This document shows positions 12,801-25,057 of a stretch of 60,039 nucleotides of DNA, in pieces. A program made the position numbers and the translations under genes. Origin of the DNA: Neovahlkampfia damariscottae (taxonomy: Eukaryota); the NCBI GenBank assembly GCA_016618085.1, contig JABLTG010000037.1, positions 62,001 to 122,039 on the forward strand, in the 5' to 3' direction. Under the pieces are notes generated by a model. It saw only the letters and a list, made by a program, of their open reading frames with translations. It had not been told where the DNA came from and did not search any database. Positions within the stretch are counted from its first letter, which is position 1, and every line of letters starts with the position of its first letter.

Positions 12801-15800
12801 AAATAGAAATAGATTCATCTTTATGAAATAATTCAACTGGTATTACTCTTTCTGAAACAGATTGACCAATTGGATATTTTGATACAATATAAGAACAATT
12901 TAAACCTTTTTCTTGTATAATTGAATCACCTAATAATTCACCTAATCTCTTTGCAGATGTTATTCTTGATGATTTTTGATCACCATATTCATTTATATTT
13001 CTTGACATATTTGATGATTCTGTTAAATAACCAAATAGAATTGGATCATTAAATTCTTTAAATTGAGATCCTTTTGAATATAAAATATCTAACCATGTAT
13101 TTGCTTCATCTGATATATTTTTATAACATTCTTCTAATGTATTTCCACTTAAATATTTTAAAAATAATCTTTCTTGAAATAATTTAATTAATTGTAATTC
13201 TCCTCTTCTTTTAATTTCAAATCCTTTTAATTCTGCTATTGTATTATTTTCATTAAATACAGCATATCTTTTTTTTATACTTTTACCTTCTTGTTGTGAT
13301 GCAGGTATTATCATACATTTATATGGACCATCAACTTCAAAAAATATTGAACATTCTGATAATTTTTTATAATTATCATTTTTTAATTTAACTTGATATT
13401 GATGATTTGTAAATTTATTTGCCACTTTATGATTTAATATAATCATTGGATATGATATTGAATAATATTTATCTTTAATTTTAAATTTAAAATCTTCAGG
13501 GAATGATGATGGTAACATACACCAAATACCATCTGTATCTAATTCAAGTGAAATACCAATTTTATCAATTAATTCTCTTGTCATTTTAATAATTTCTGAA
13601 CCTGTATGTGTAACAATACCAGCCATTTCCATTGAATACCATCTTGCACCTCTACGCATAACATATCCATAAAATGAATTTAAAATACATTTATGTGCTA
13701 ATTGTAATGAATCAAATATTGTAATCATTTCTTCTTTTTCTAATAATTCTTTTTCATTTTTTGTTATTTTCTTTTTCCAATTTTTTAATGATTGTTTATA
13801 TTCATATCTTCTATCTTTAAATTCTCTAACTGTATCAACATAAAATGGATCTTCTCTTTGACAAACAATATCATTCTTTAATTTTGTTTCTTTTTTATAT
13901 TTTGATGAATATCCTTTAATTTTTGATAATCTTTTTTTTATTAATTCAACAATCTCTTCTTCTGTTTTATTTATTTCATTCTTTTCTTTTAATTCAATTT
14001 CTAATTGTTTCTTTATTTGATAATATTCACTTGATGTTGCTGTAAAATATTTTGAAACATAATTCCAATCCATTCTTCTTTGACAATCACTTTCAGGTTT
14101 ATTATGTTCACAATTGGTACAAATATCTTCATTTACAATTGAAACAGGTTGTAATCGATTGGTTAATATAATATTTGGATACATTGCACCAACATCTAAA
14201 TGATATATCTTTGGATTATCTTTTCTTTTATTCTTTTCTTTTAATTCTTTTAATTGTTTATATATCTTTTCTTTAATCTCTTCATAATTTTCAATATCTT
14301 CTAATTTTAATTTTAATTCAACTTCAATTGCAAATTTTAAACTTGAATCTAATTCATTCATTAACTTTTATATCTTTTTAATATTTTTTTATTTTTATTT
14401 ACTTTATCATATTCATTTGAATCTAAATCAAATTGATATTTAAAATCTGATCTAAATACACCACTTCTTAATGCTTCAACATGTCCACCAACATATGTTT
14501 CTGATTCAATTAAATGTCCTTTATACATTTTTTCTTTTTTTTCTACATGTCTATTTGGACATATTATATTATTTTGAAATGCTTGAACCATTAATAACAT
14601 TTCACATAATGTTCCTGAACCTTTTCTTAAAACTTCATCAGGTGACATTGGTATAATAGTTGATAAAGAGAATATAAATGGATGTACATATTTTTTATAT
14701 AAAAAATAAGTTGAAAAAGCATCTGAAACAGAATAACCTGCTAATTTTGATGGATTTTTTTGTGCCATTTCAACCATTTCTTCTGGATTTACTTCAATTG
14801 GATCATATCCTAATAATTTTTTTGTAACTGCTTTTAAACCATGTGAACCTTGTGGTAAATAAGAATCTCTTTTCACCCAATAATAACAATCAAGATGTAA
14901 TGCATAGGTATTTAAATAACCTAAACCGGATGAATCTTTAAAAAAACCAATTTCTTTTCTTAAATTTAAATTATTTACTTTTGCTCTATCATCAATAAAT
15001 GGCCAATCAAAATTATCACCATTATAAGTTACATAAATTTGTGGTTTTTCTTCTTTTAAATGACTAAAAAACTTTTCTAATAATTCTTTTTCATTTTTTT
15101 CATTAAAAACAATAAATTCATCTGATTTATATTCATCTTTTGGATTAAATGAAAAATCATCAACATCTTCTGAAACTACTTGTCTATTTATAATTAAATA
15201 ACCTTGTTGATCAATCATATAAGATATCATCATAATTGAATCTATTTTTGAATCTGGAAACATTAATGGTAATTTAGTTGTTTCAATATCAAATGCACAT
15301 ATTTTTAAAGGTGGTCTTTTTAATTTTTGAATTAATTTAAATTCATTCTTTCCTTCTTCAAATTTAATTTTATACCAATTTCCAATTCTAATATTATTAT
15401 CAATACATGTTCTCATATGATATTTTACATCATATTCTCTAATATCAATAATACATTCTAATGGATTTTCATTCTTTTTTATTTCATTTAAATCTTCTTC
15501 TTCTTCTTCTTCATATATTTCTAATCTCTTTAAATTCTTACAATTCTTTTCAATTAATGGTAATATTTCTTTTCGAAATTTTAATAAATTTGTTATATTT
15601 TTAAACGATATCTTTAAATATTTACTTAATATATCAGATAAATGTTTAACATCATCTAAATCTTTCTTTTCAATAATCTCGATTTTATTAATACAATCCT
15701 CATATCTCTTTCTTAAAAATGTTTCTACTTCATTTTCACAATCTTCTTTAGTTTTAATATAAAAATATGGTTGAAATATATATTTTGATTTAAATGTTTT

Positions 15801-16111
15801 TCCATTCTCTTCCATAAAATATAAATCAACACATGTATTTTCTTCTTCTTCTTCATCAATAATGGAATTCTATTCAAATATTGTTTAATTATTTATATAT
15901 TTACTGTTTTAATATTGATTAAAAATCCTTCTCTTTCAATATTTTCTTCATACTTTTCAAATTCAAAAAAGGTATCAATCTTTTCTATTTCTTTTCTTTT
16001 TTCTTCTTCAAATTTTTTTCTTTTTTCAACCTCATTGTTGTTGGATGTTTCTGATTTATCAAAAGGTTTCTTGAAGTTGTTACCCTTCGTTTTCCACTTC
16101 TCTTTCACCAT
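9883..16111 (-). CDS. POLE: DNA polymerase epsilon catalytic subunit
   Basis: FDIETTKLP exonuclease motif, HLDVGAMYPNII, LELDTDG, CysX and C-terminal Cys motifs; introns near 14365-14402 and 15870-15904. Confidence 0.97.
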
Positions 16112-16192
16112 TTAAGTTTTTGAGCGCAAATGTTAACCAATCAAATTGTAAATTGGTTTTTATTGGTTCTTTTCGTTATTGATTTAGAAAAA

Positions 16193-17248
16193 ATGAAAAA
16201 CAATAATGAAAAAGATGAAATAAAAAAAGAAGGAGAAAAAGAAGAAGAAGATAAAAGTGAAGAGAAAAACAGTACAAATGAAGAAGGAAAAGATGATAAA
16301 ACTGAGAATAAAAAGATAAAAAGAAACCAAGAATTTGATGAAGAATATAAAAAAATTGAAAGATTAAGTACAATTGAAAATTATAGAGAGGTTTCAATAA
16401 ATTATACAAAAATGAATTATTTTCAAAAAAGAAAATTATCAACTTTATTAGATTTATTAAATGGAAAAAAGAAAAATGTATTTTCTAAATTAATGAACAT
16501 GTACACACCTTTTAAACAAATATTTGCAGTTGGTTTTTCTTCAATTTTGATCACTTCATATTTAGATTTTAGCGCAATGAGAGCAAGAACTACTATGGAG
16601 ATTTATAAAGATTTAGAAGAAGTTGCTCTTGCAAAATCGGAAATTTATTCTTTTAATTATACTTTTTATGATGTTTCAAATGAGTGGAAATCTTTTATGA
16701 ACAATTCAAAAGAAATTATTGAAGAAGCTGAAATGAAAAAAGTGTTAAATAGTTTGAATGAAAAAGAATTATTTCAATATTGGAACGAAAATTATGAAAA
16801 AATTAAACCAAATTTACACAAACATTATTCATGCAATTCTCATCCAATTACTGAGTTTTGGTTTCAATATTTAGTAAATAGAGAAAATACTTCAATTGTT
16901 TATTCACCTAAGTTATCAAATGTCACTAATCTCAGTGCTTCATTGAATCACAACAGAATTCAATCAAAACATTTTTTTTTGAGAGCTTCTTTTGCTGCAA
17001 AATATGGTTACTTGGAGGGAAAAGCTCACAAATTTATTCAAAAACGAGCAAAAGAATATTTAGAGATGTTTGAACCATATGAGGCACATTTATTGAAAAT
17101 TAAACGTTCATCAGATGATTTCGGTCAAGACTTGGCAATGCAAAAAAGTGATATGGATGAAATCAAGGAATTCATACATTCCAGTCCCTCATTTGGATTG
17201 TTTGCCTTTTTCAAAAATATTTTGAGATCAATAAATGTTCTTGAATGA
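16193..17248 (+). CDS. Hypothetical intronless protein (~350 aa)
   Basis: Long ORF preceded by CCAAT boxes; no family recognised. Confidence 0.6.
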   Translation: MKNNNEKDEIKKEGEKEEEDKSEEKNSTNEEGKDDKTENKKIKRNQEFDEEYKKIERLSTIENYREVSINYTKMNYFQKRKLSTLLDLLNGKKKNVFSKLMNMYTPFKQIFAVGFSSILITSYLDFSAMRARTTMEIYKDLEEVALAKSEIYSFNYTFYDVSNEWKSFMNNSKEIIEEAEMKKVLNSLNEKELFQYWNENYEKIKPNLHKHYSCNSHPITEFWFQYLVNRENTSIVYSPKLSNVTNLSASLNHNRIQSKHFFLRASFAAKYGYLEGKAHKFIQKRAKEYLEMFEPYEAHLLKIKRSSDDFGQDLAMQKSDMDEIKEFIHSSPSFGLFAFFKNILRSINVLE

Positions 17249-18731
17249 GCGAATTTCAACCAATGAATTTATGATTCATAGAATCAAATCAACAAATGAA
17301 TCAAATCAAGAGGAAAAAAACCTCATATTTCAAATAATTTGATTTGATTTGAAAAATAAAATTTATTCCAAAAGTGATTCTTCCTCCAAGATTATGATGC
17401 TTTTCCAAAGAGTTTCATTGGCCAATAAAATAAAAATAAAATAATTAAATAAAAAAGGGTGATTGATACGTTGTTGTCCACTAATTGTATCTTTTAAATG
17501 TGTAAATATGAAGTAAAATGATAATAAGTTGAAAGAATTGTGAGGTTTTGAAAATTACTTTTTTCAAATTTTATTTTAAAGATTAAATTTTTAAAATCAC
17601 TGAATTCACAATAACCAATAAATATTTCTTATGGAAAATTATCCAATCAAACTTGTTTACAAACATGGACGAAGAAGAGGAGTTTCTTTTCCAAATGGTA
17701 AAATTCAATGAATTAGAATCTCAAAAAACTACCATCGTACTGATGAAAAGAACTTTTAAATATCCTTCGTTGTTTCTAGGTCTCGTTTCATTGTCTTTTT
17801 AAAGACAAGAATAGAAACATTAAAGTTAACATTACTAAAAAAGATGTAACAAATATTCTAAGTTGGGATGTTTTTATTTGTTTGTTACAACAGTTATCAA
17901 AAGAAACATGGAAATATGAAAAAAATGTATCTTTGGAGAATATTTTGTTTATTTTCTAGTATAGATTAAAACACGGTACCTTTACAACGGTTTTAATTTT
18001 TTAGGAAAAACTTTCAAACAATTAGAAGAAATATTTAACGTTTCTGACTCTAAAATTTATATTTACTACAAAGAATTTACTTTTTATTTCAATACCCAAG
18101 TGAATAACATTTCTATGGACAATGGCGTTTTGTTTTATGAAAATTATACCATGCAATTGATTGCACTAATTTTTTATTTTTGAAACAAATTAGGTAGGTC
18201 AAGGGTATACCCTGGTTCGGTACCGTTCTGATAAGGCCAAACATTTTTTGCTTGTTCAATGTGTTGTTGATTTGGTCGGTTCTTCTATTATTCAACTTTC
18301 AATTCATAGAGGACACTTAAACGACAAATTAGCTTTTTTATATTCTGGTTTGAAGAAAAAAGTGGAATCATCCAACATTTATTTGATAAGTGACAATGGA
18401 TTTTCAGCTTCACATGTTTTAAATTTAAATACTTTACCATTAAAGTTCAAAGAAAGTTATGGTGCGAAATTTTTGCCATCAGTTAGATCAGTAATTGAAA
18501 ATATTTATGGTATGTATTTTTAACGTTTAGTTTTTAGGAAATGATGGAATTTATAACTGGAAATATTTAATGTCTAACACCACCGATGGGATTAAGAAAA
18601 TTTGGCTCCAAATAAATTTTATTTTTCAAATCAAATCAAATTATTTGAAATATGAGGTTTTTTTCCTCTTGATTTGATTCATTTTTTGATTTGATTCAAA
18701 ATCAAAAATCATGGGAATTTGAAATTCGTTC
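17247..18731 (+). mobile_element. Degenerate PIF/Harbinger-like (DDE_Tnp_4) DNA transposon
   Basis: 87-bp inverted repeats 17281-17367 / 18611-18697 (1 mismatch); matching outer termini; AAT flanks on both sides; AIDCT, GHLND, SDNGF and RSVIENIYG motifs. Confidence 0.85.
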
Positions 18732-19877
18732 AATGAGGAAAACTGTCGCTTATCAAAAAATTTCTGAAGAAATTTCACTTCACTTTTCTTTCATGTTGAT
18801 TCTCTACGAAAGAATTATTTAATTCTTTTTTCTACTTCTTTTGCTAAAATGTCTTTTTCGAAAGGAAGAAGCAATTCTTTTCTGTTGAAAGAAATGTTGC
18901 GCAATGCATTGAAGTGAAGGTACAGGAGTAAACTAGCTACCGTTGTTGAACGTTTTGTTTCAAAAAAAGACAAAATATGCTCATTTCCTGTTTATATGCT
19001 ACAATTTATGAATCTTTTAAATCAAGAAAGATACTATTAAACTTGCATCACCAAATTATATTTTAAGACCACCATAAACATTAATCAGTTCCCTACATAT
19101 ATTTCTTTCGTACGTCCTGTTTCACAAAAATATCAAACAAGAAGGTGAAAATTCACAACCCAAAAGAAAACCACAATTTCCCAATACTATTTGAATTATC
19201 ATCAATTTAGTATTTGATATCTACAAATCGGGAAGTATGCTTTTCTCAAATACATGTAGTTCAATTAGCCACATGAGTCATATTAAATTGAGACACTTGA
19301 GTAGCACACACACACAACAAGCATGTTTACTATATTCATTCAGTTCAAATCCTTTATCTTCGCATTGACAATTTTTTACATTTTCAATTTGAAATGCAGC
19401 TTCACCATCATAAACTGTATTATTCTGGTTGTGTTGATAAGATTTGTCTTGTCCTTGTCCTGAAAAATATAAAAAAATGAGTTAGATCAAAAATGTTTGG
19501 TACACAATGTGGAAATTTTTGGAGGTGGAAGTGGACGTGGAGGGAGGTAAAATCACTAAAATTTTTTGGTTTCTTGCTAAATAAGGCAGTTTTTTTGGTT
19601 GGGTTCTTAGACATTGTCAAAATTTTTTGTTTTCAATATTTCCCTCCAATTCCGGTTCCCAAAAATTATCATGGCAGTGGTAATTTAATGGGAAACAGTC
19701 TCAAGAAATTTGCTCAAAGAACTCTTTTGTTCTCTTCTCTGTCTCCAAGTCTCCAAAAAAATGAAGAAGGAATTGAAGAAGATTTGGAATCTGAAAAGCC
19801 AGGATACTGGAAAGAATGTCTGTGCTCTTTATAACCAAGTACCATATACTGACCAATTAGAAGTGAAATTGAAATTG

Positions 19878-20558
19878 ATGAACGAAAAAAAATTAAGAGA
19901 AGACACCAAATTTTGTGAAGAACTTCTGTTCAAGATTGAAACACAATTAGAGACATTCAGAAAGGATAAAGGAAATGACTATGATGAAATTTCCAAAGAA
20001 ATCAACGGAAACTTGAACAAGGTGGGCAATGTTGTTCAAAATTTGAAGAATTTAATGATAGAAATACCATTGAGCCAAAGAACGGTGTGGAAAAGGTAAT
20101 TTTTTTGAATGAGTTGAATTTTGAATTAAAGACAAGTGGAGCAGCTCTCTGATGAAAAAATAGAAATGAAAAAGAACTTTGATAAAATTTTTAAAAAAAA
20201 AAAGGATGAACGTGATCAATATGAATTATTTGGAAACACTTCAAAAAATAATTTGGAGAATTATAATGAAAGAAAACATTTAGAAATGCAAAATGAATCA
20301 ATGAATAATTCAAGAAGTTTAATTGAACAAATTAGTCAAATTGGAATTAACGCTTTGTCTATGTTAGGACAACAAAGAGATACATTAAAAGGAACACAAT
20401 CAACTATGCTTGACATAGGTTTAAAACTTGGTTTATCACATACAACAATGAAAATGGCACAAAAAAGAGATTTCTGGGATCGTATAATATTTTATGTGGG
20501 TGTATTTTTTATATTATTATTATTATTTTTTGTATGGTATTATAAATTTTATAAATAA
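19878..20558 (+). CDS. GOSR2: Qb-SNARE membrin/Bos1
   Basis: [21 protein letters not shown]-terminal TM; intron 20096-20131; start chosen downstream of a CCAAT box. Confidence 0.85.
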
Positions 20559-20596
20559 AATTATTTTTATTTTCCTTTATCCAATCATTTGAATTA

Positions 20597-21261
20597 ATGT
20601 CAAGCTCAACAAATCCAATCGTATTTTTTGATATTGAAATAGGTGGAAAATATGCAGGAAGAATAAAATTTGAATTATTTGCAAATGTGACTCCAAAAAC
20701 TTGTGAAAACTTTAGAAAATTTTGTACAGGAGAAATGAAAAAAGATGATGTTCCTCTTGGTTATAAAAATTGTATTTTTCATAGAGTTATCAAAGATTTT
20801 GTATTTTAAATATTAAATTTAACACTAAAAGATGGTAATATTATTGATTTATATTTTTTAAAAATAATAAAAGTTACAAGGTGGTGATTTTTTAAATTCA
20901 GATGGAACTGGATCATGCAGTATTTATGGTGATAAATTCAATGATGAGAATTTTAAAATGAAACATACAGATCCTGGATTACTTTCAATGGCTAATTCTG
21001 GACCAAATACAAATGGTTCTCAATGTATTTTTAGATATTATTTTCATTAAATATATTCAAATAGTTTTTATTACAACTGTACCATGTGACTGGTTAGATG
21101 GAAAACGTATCTTTTTCATTTTTAACTTTTTAAAAGACGTAGTTTTTGGAAGAGTAATTGAAGGTATGGAAGTTGTAAGAAGAATGGAATCAACACCAAC
21201 AGATTCAACATCAAATAAACCAAAACATAAAATAATCATAACAGAATGTGGTGAATATTAA
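20597..21261 (+). CDS. PPIH: Spliceosomal cyclophilin H
   Basis: [49 protein letters not shown]; four introns including a 3-nt exon. Confidence 0.92.
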
Positions 21262-21266
21262 AAAAT

Positions 21267-21720
21267 TTATTTTTTTTTTTGTTTCAAAACACGTTTAACG
21301 ATTTTTTGTTCTTCAATCAAAAAAGCTCTAATGATTCTGAAAAAAAAAAGTTAATATTTTCATTCAATAATTTACCTTTCTCTAACTAAGTCATATGAAA
21401 GTACACCTCCGTATGGTCTATTAATTTTTTTTGCAGCAGCTCCGCATTTTTTTTTTTCAGAAGGTCTTAATTTTTTTAACTTGAAAAGTTATTTTAAAGA
21501 AATGTTTTGTCTTACACCTTGGAGTGGAGCACCACCGAGGTATTTTGGGTTTGTTGGTCCTTTAGTTTTTTTTTTTTTGTAATGATAAACAAGGTTGTTT
21601 CCAGGTGTACGGACACTTTTTGAATTTATTAGTTTAAATCTTTTGTTACAGTTTAACTCTGTTTGAACGTGTTCTGAAACTTTTCTTTCTTGAATATGTT
21701 ACTCTATTGTCAAGACCCAT
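21267..21720 (-). CDS. RPL34: 60S ribosomal protein L34 (eL34)
   Basis: Spliced: RVTYSRR..VRTPG..RPYGG..VRERIIRAFLIEEQKIVK; three introns; absent from the ORF track. Confidence 0.93.
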
Positions 21721-21844
21721 GTTTGTATGATTTTGTGAAAACGAACGAAGATCTGATTGGACGAATATAAGGATTTTTATTGGTTCATTTAAAGAAAAAA
21801 ATTTAATTGGACAGGAGATTTTTTGTTCAACTTGAGATTTTTTT

Positions 21845-23263
21845 ATGGTTTGAAAATTATTTTTTTAAAGAATTTAAAAGGATTTAGAAAAAGAGTATGA
21901 TATAATTTTAGCTGAAACCAATGTAACCAACTCAATTTTATCTTTTGCTTTTTCAAGAATTGGGAAAAGTGTTTTACATTTAGATGAAAATGATTATTAC
22001 GGAGGTGAACATGGTACATTAAGTTTAGAAGAAATCTTTAATTTAAAGGATAATGATTCAATTTTAGTATTAAATAAAAGCGAAAGTTTAACAGAAGAGT
22101 TAAAAAAAGAAAAAAGAAAGTTTAATATTGATTTGACTTGTAAACCATTTTATTCAAATGGATCTGTTATAAATAAAATGATAAAGAGTGGTGTTGGTAG
22201 AAATATGGAATTTAAAGTTATTAATTATCAATTTTTATTTTTAGAAAATACTTTTGTTAGAATACCATTTTCAAAAGGAGAAATATTCAAAAATAAATTT
22301 CTAAAATTAACTGAAAAAACATATTTAATGAAATTTTTATCCAATTTAAATGAAGAAGAAAAAGAAGAAGGAACTGATTATCAATCAAGTTTTAAAAAAT
22401 ATTTAAAAGATAAATATAAATTAAATGAAAGATTAACTAATATAATATTATATTCATTAATATTATTACCAAATAATAAAATAGATATTACCATTAATGA
22501 AGGATTAAAAAAATTAAAATTATTTATTTCATCTATTGGTAGATTTGGATCAATATCACCATTTTTATATCCTTTATACGGTATGTCAGAAATGACACAA
22601 ATATTTTGTAGAGCATCAAGTGTTTATGGTGGTACTATTGTATTAAGAAGAAATGTAAAAGAAGTTATATCTTCCAATGAAATTAAAACAACAGAAAATG
22701 ATATTATTAAATTTAATTCATTCTCAAATATTAAAAAAGAAAAAGAAGAAAATAAATTTAATCAATTAAAATCAATAATCATATCTAATGAATCTTTATT
22801 TGATTTAATTAAACAAGATGAATTAGATGATGATGATAAAAAAGAAGAATTTGAAAATTCAATTTTAATGGGTGTAATACCACCAAATGATAATTTAAAT
22901 ACAATATTTATTTTACAATTAAATTGGACTACTCAATGTTGTTCAAAAGGAAAATATTTAATTTATATTTCAACTTGTTTAAATAATGAAGATAATGATA
23001 AAATAGAAATTGAATTTAAAGAGAGAATTAAAAAATTAAATATTAAAAAAGAGTTTGAAATTACTTATAAACATAAATGTTCAACTAATTCATTTTCAAT
23101 GGAAGAAGAAATGGATAAAGCAGAACAAATATTTAAAAATGTATTTCCAAATGATGAATTTTTATTAAAAACTATTGATCCAAATGAACAATATAATGAA
23201 ATTGATAAAACAAGTGAATTATTAGGTATAAAAAAAGATGAAATATTTAAAAATGATATTTAA
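21845..23263 (+). CDS. Rab escort protein (REP/CHM, GDI family)
   Basis: GKSVLHLDENDYYGG, FNIDL, SPFLYPLYGMSEMTQIFCRASSVYGG; first coding exon is ATG only, intron 21848-21880. Confidence 0.88.
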
Positions 23264-23277
23264 TAAAAAGAGACAAA

Positions 23278-23305
<28 letters not shown>

Positions 23306-23310
<5 letters not shown>

Positions 23311-23858
23311 GTTGTTGTTGTTGTTGTTGTTGTTTTATTTGAATTACTTGTTTAATATTTTGTAAATTTTGTTGTTGATATCCAAGTCTCAACTGATAAG
23401 TAAAAATAGTTTAAAATAAATAGAGTTTACTTGTAATTGATCCATTGAAGTTCTTACAAAAGTAGCTTTTCTTTTTAATACTTCTTGTGCTTCTGATAAT
23501 GATTTTGGTACATAATATCCAGTACCAACGTCAACAAGAACACTTGATAAATCACCAATTTCACCTTTTCTCTTTTTTAAAATAATAAATAAATACCTTC
23601 ACAATAAATAGAAGAAGTTAAAGGTACAAATACTTCTTTTCCTTTTTCTTCTTTTTTTAATGGATCTAAAACAGCAGATGAATTCATGAGTGTTTGATGT
23701 GCTTGATTTAAACTTCTGTAAGCTGTTGAAAATTGTTCAATTTCTTCTTCCAAGTTTTGACCAAGTGGAATTAAATTTTGTAATGGTAATTGAAGTAATT
23801 GATTTGGATCATAAACTGGTACTTGTTGTTGTTGTTGTTTGTTTTTTTTATCAGACAT
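23306..23858 (-). CDS. PFDN5: Prefoldin alpha subunit 5
   Basis: VFVPLTSSIY and VLVDVGTGYYV; two introns. Confidence 0.9.
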
Positions 23859-23887
23859 TTTCTTTGCTTTTCATTGGACAAAATAAA

Positions 23888-24521
23888 ATGAACAAACTTG
23901 AAGGAGTTAGAAGTGGTTTGGAAAATTATAAAACTAAAAATTTATAGGTCCAACAGTAAATATGAGATTCCAAGCATTTTTAGATAGGTAAGAAGATTGA
24001 AAATTAAAATAAAACAAATAGAATTCATAGGTTTACACTTTATCGTTGGATATTTTCATTATTTTTATTTTTATTATTTTCTTTTCGTGTTATTTATTTT
24101 CATGGATGGTATATAATAGCATATGGATTTGGAATATATTGTTTAAATTTATTTATATTATTTTTATCACCTTCTATTGAACCAGATGACGAAGACGATG
24201 AAGATGCTGATTTAGTATTACCACTTTCTGGACAATCTGAAGAAGGTGAATACAAAGGATTTACAAGAAAGTTATCAGAGTTTCATGTTTATTTTTTTTC
24301 TTTTTCTAATTCTATAGTTTTGGTATTCATTAACAAAAGCACTTTTAATTTCTTTATTTTTTTGCACAACAAGATTATTTGATATTCCAGTATATTGGCC
24401 AATTTTACTTGGATATTTTTTACTTTTATTTTTTGCAACTATGAAAACTAGAATTCAACACATGATAAAACATAAATATGTTCCTTTTACTGTTGGTAAA
24501 AAGACATATCAAAAGGTTTAA
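23888..24521 (+). CDS. RER1: ER retrieval receptor RER1
   Basis: GWYIIAYGFGIY..NLFI.FLSP, RKLSEF, FDIPVYWPIL, HMIKHKYVPF; three introns. Confidence 0.93.
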
Positions 24522-24567
24522 AGAAAAATAAATATTTAATCAAATTTTTATGAACATATATTATTAC

Positions 24568-25005
24568 TTATGAGATAGGTGGTGGTGCACATATAACTAT
24601 CAAATCCAATCCATTTTTTTAAAATAAAAAATAACTTAAAAATAAATTACCAGAACATGAAAATAAAAAGTCTTCGTTTAATGTTTTATTTGTGGATCCA
24701 CCTGATATTTTATTTAAAAATATTAAAGAAATTAAATAAAAAATATTTTTAAAATCACTTCTTTGATTAATATCATAATAATTCTTAAATATGAATAAAA
24801 ATATAAATTGAAAATCATCTAATATTCTAAAATATAAATGATTATTAGAATTTAAATATTTTAATTTTATATATGAATAAAAAAGTAAAAATAAAAATAT
24901 GATTAATTTTAAGTTTGTATGAAATGATTTGTTTGTTAATTCTTTTAATTTAATTTTTGATTTTATAAATCTTTGAATTTTATTATTATTGGTTTCTTGT
25001 TCCAT
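24568..25005 (-). CDS. Hypothetical small membrane protein
   Basis: ATG follows a CCAAT box; hydrophobic segments; 3' end uncertain. Confidence 0.4.
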
Positions 25006-25057
25006 TTATATTGAATTATCCAATCATAATCAAAATAAAAAGAAATAAACAAAATTT

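Noticed and set aside
14361..14402. Apparent split or frameshifted Pol epsilon
   Set aside because: A 38-nt GT-AG intron joins EYDK to LMNELD.
19493..19834. 113-aa ORF upstream of membrin
   Set aside because: No recognisable motifs; membrin likely starts at 19878.
23279..23332. (CAA)8 running in frame into (TAA)10 at the PFDN5 end, suggesting TAA=Gln recoding
   Set aside because: Conserved genes here end in TAA at expected positions and have no internal TAA. This is a compound microsatellite.
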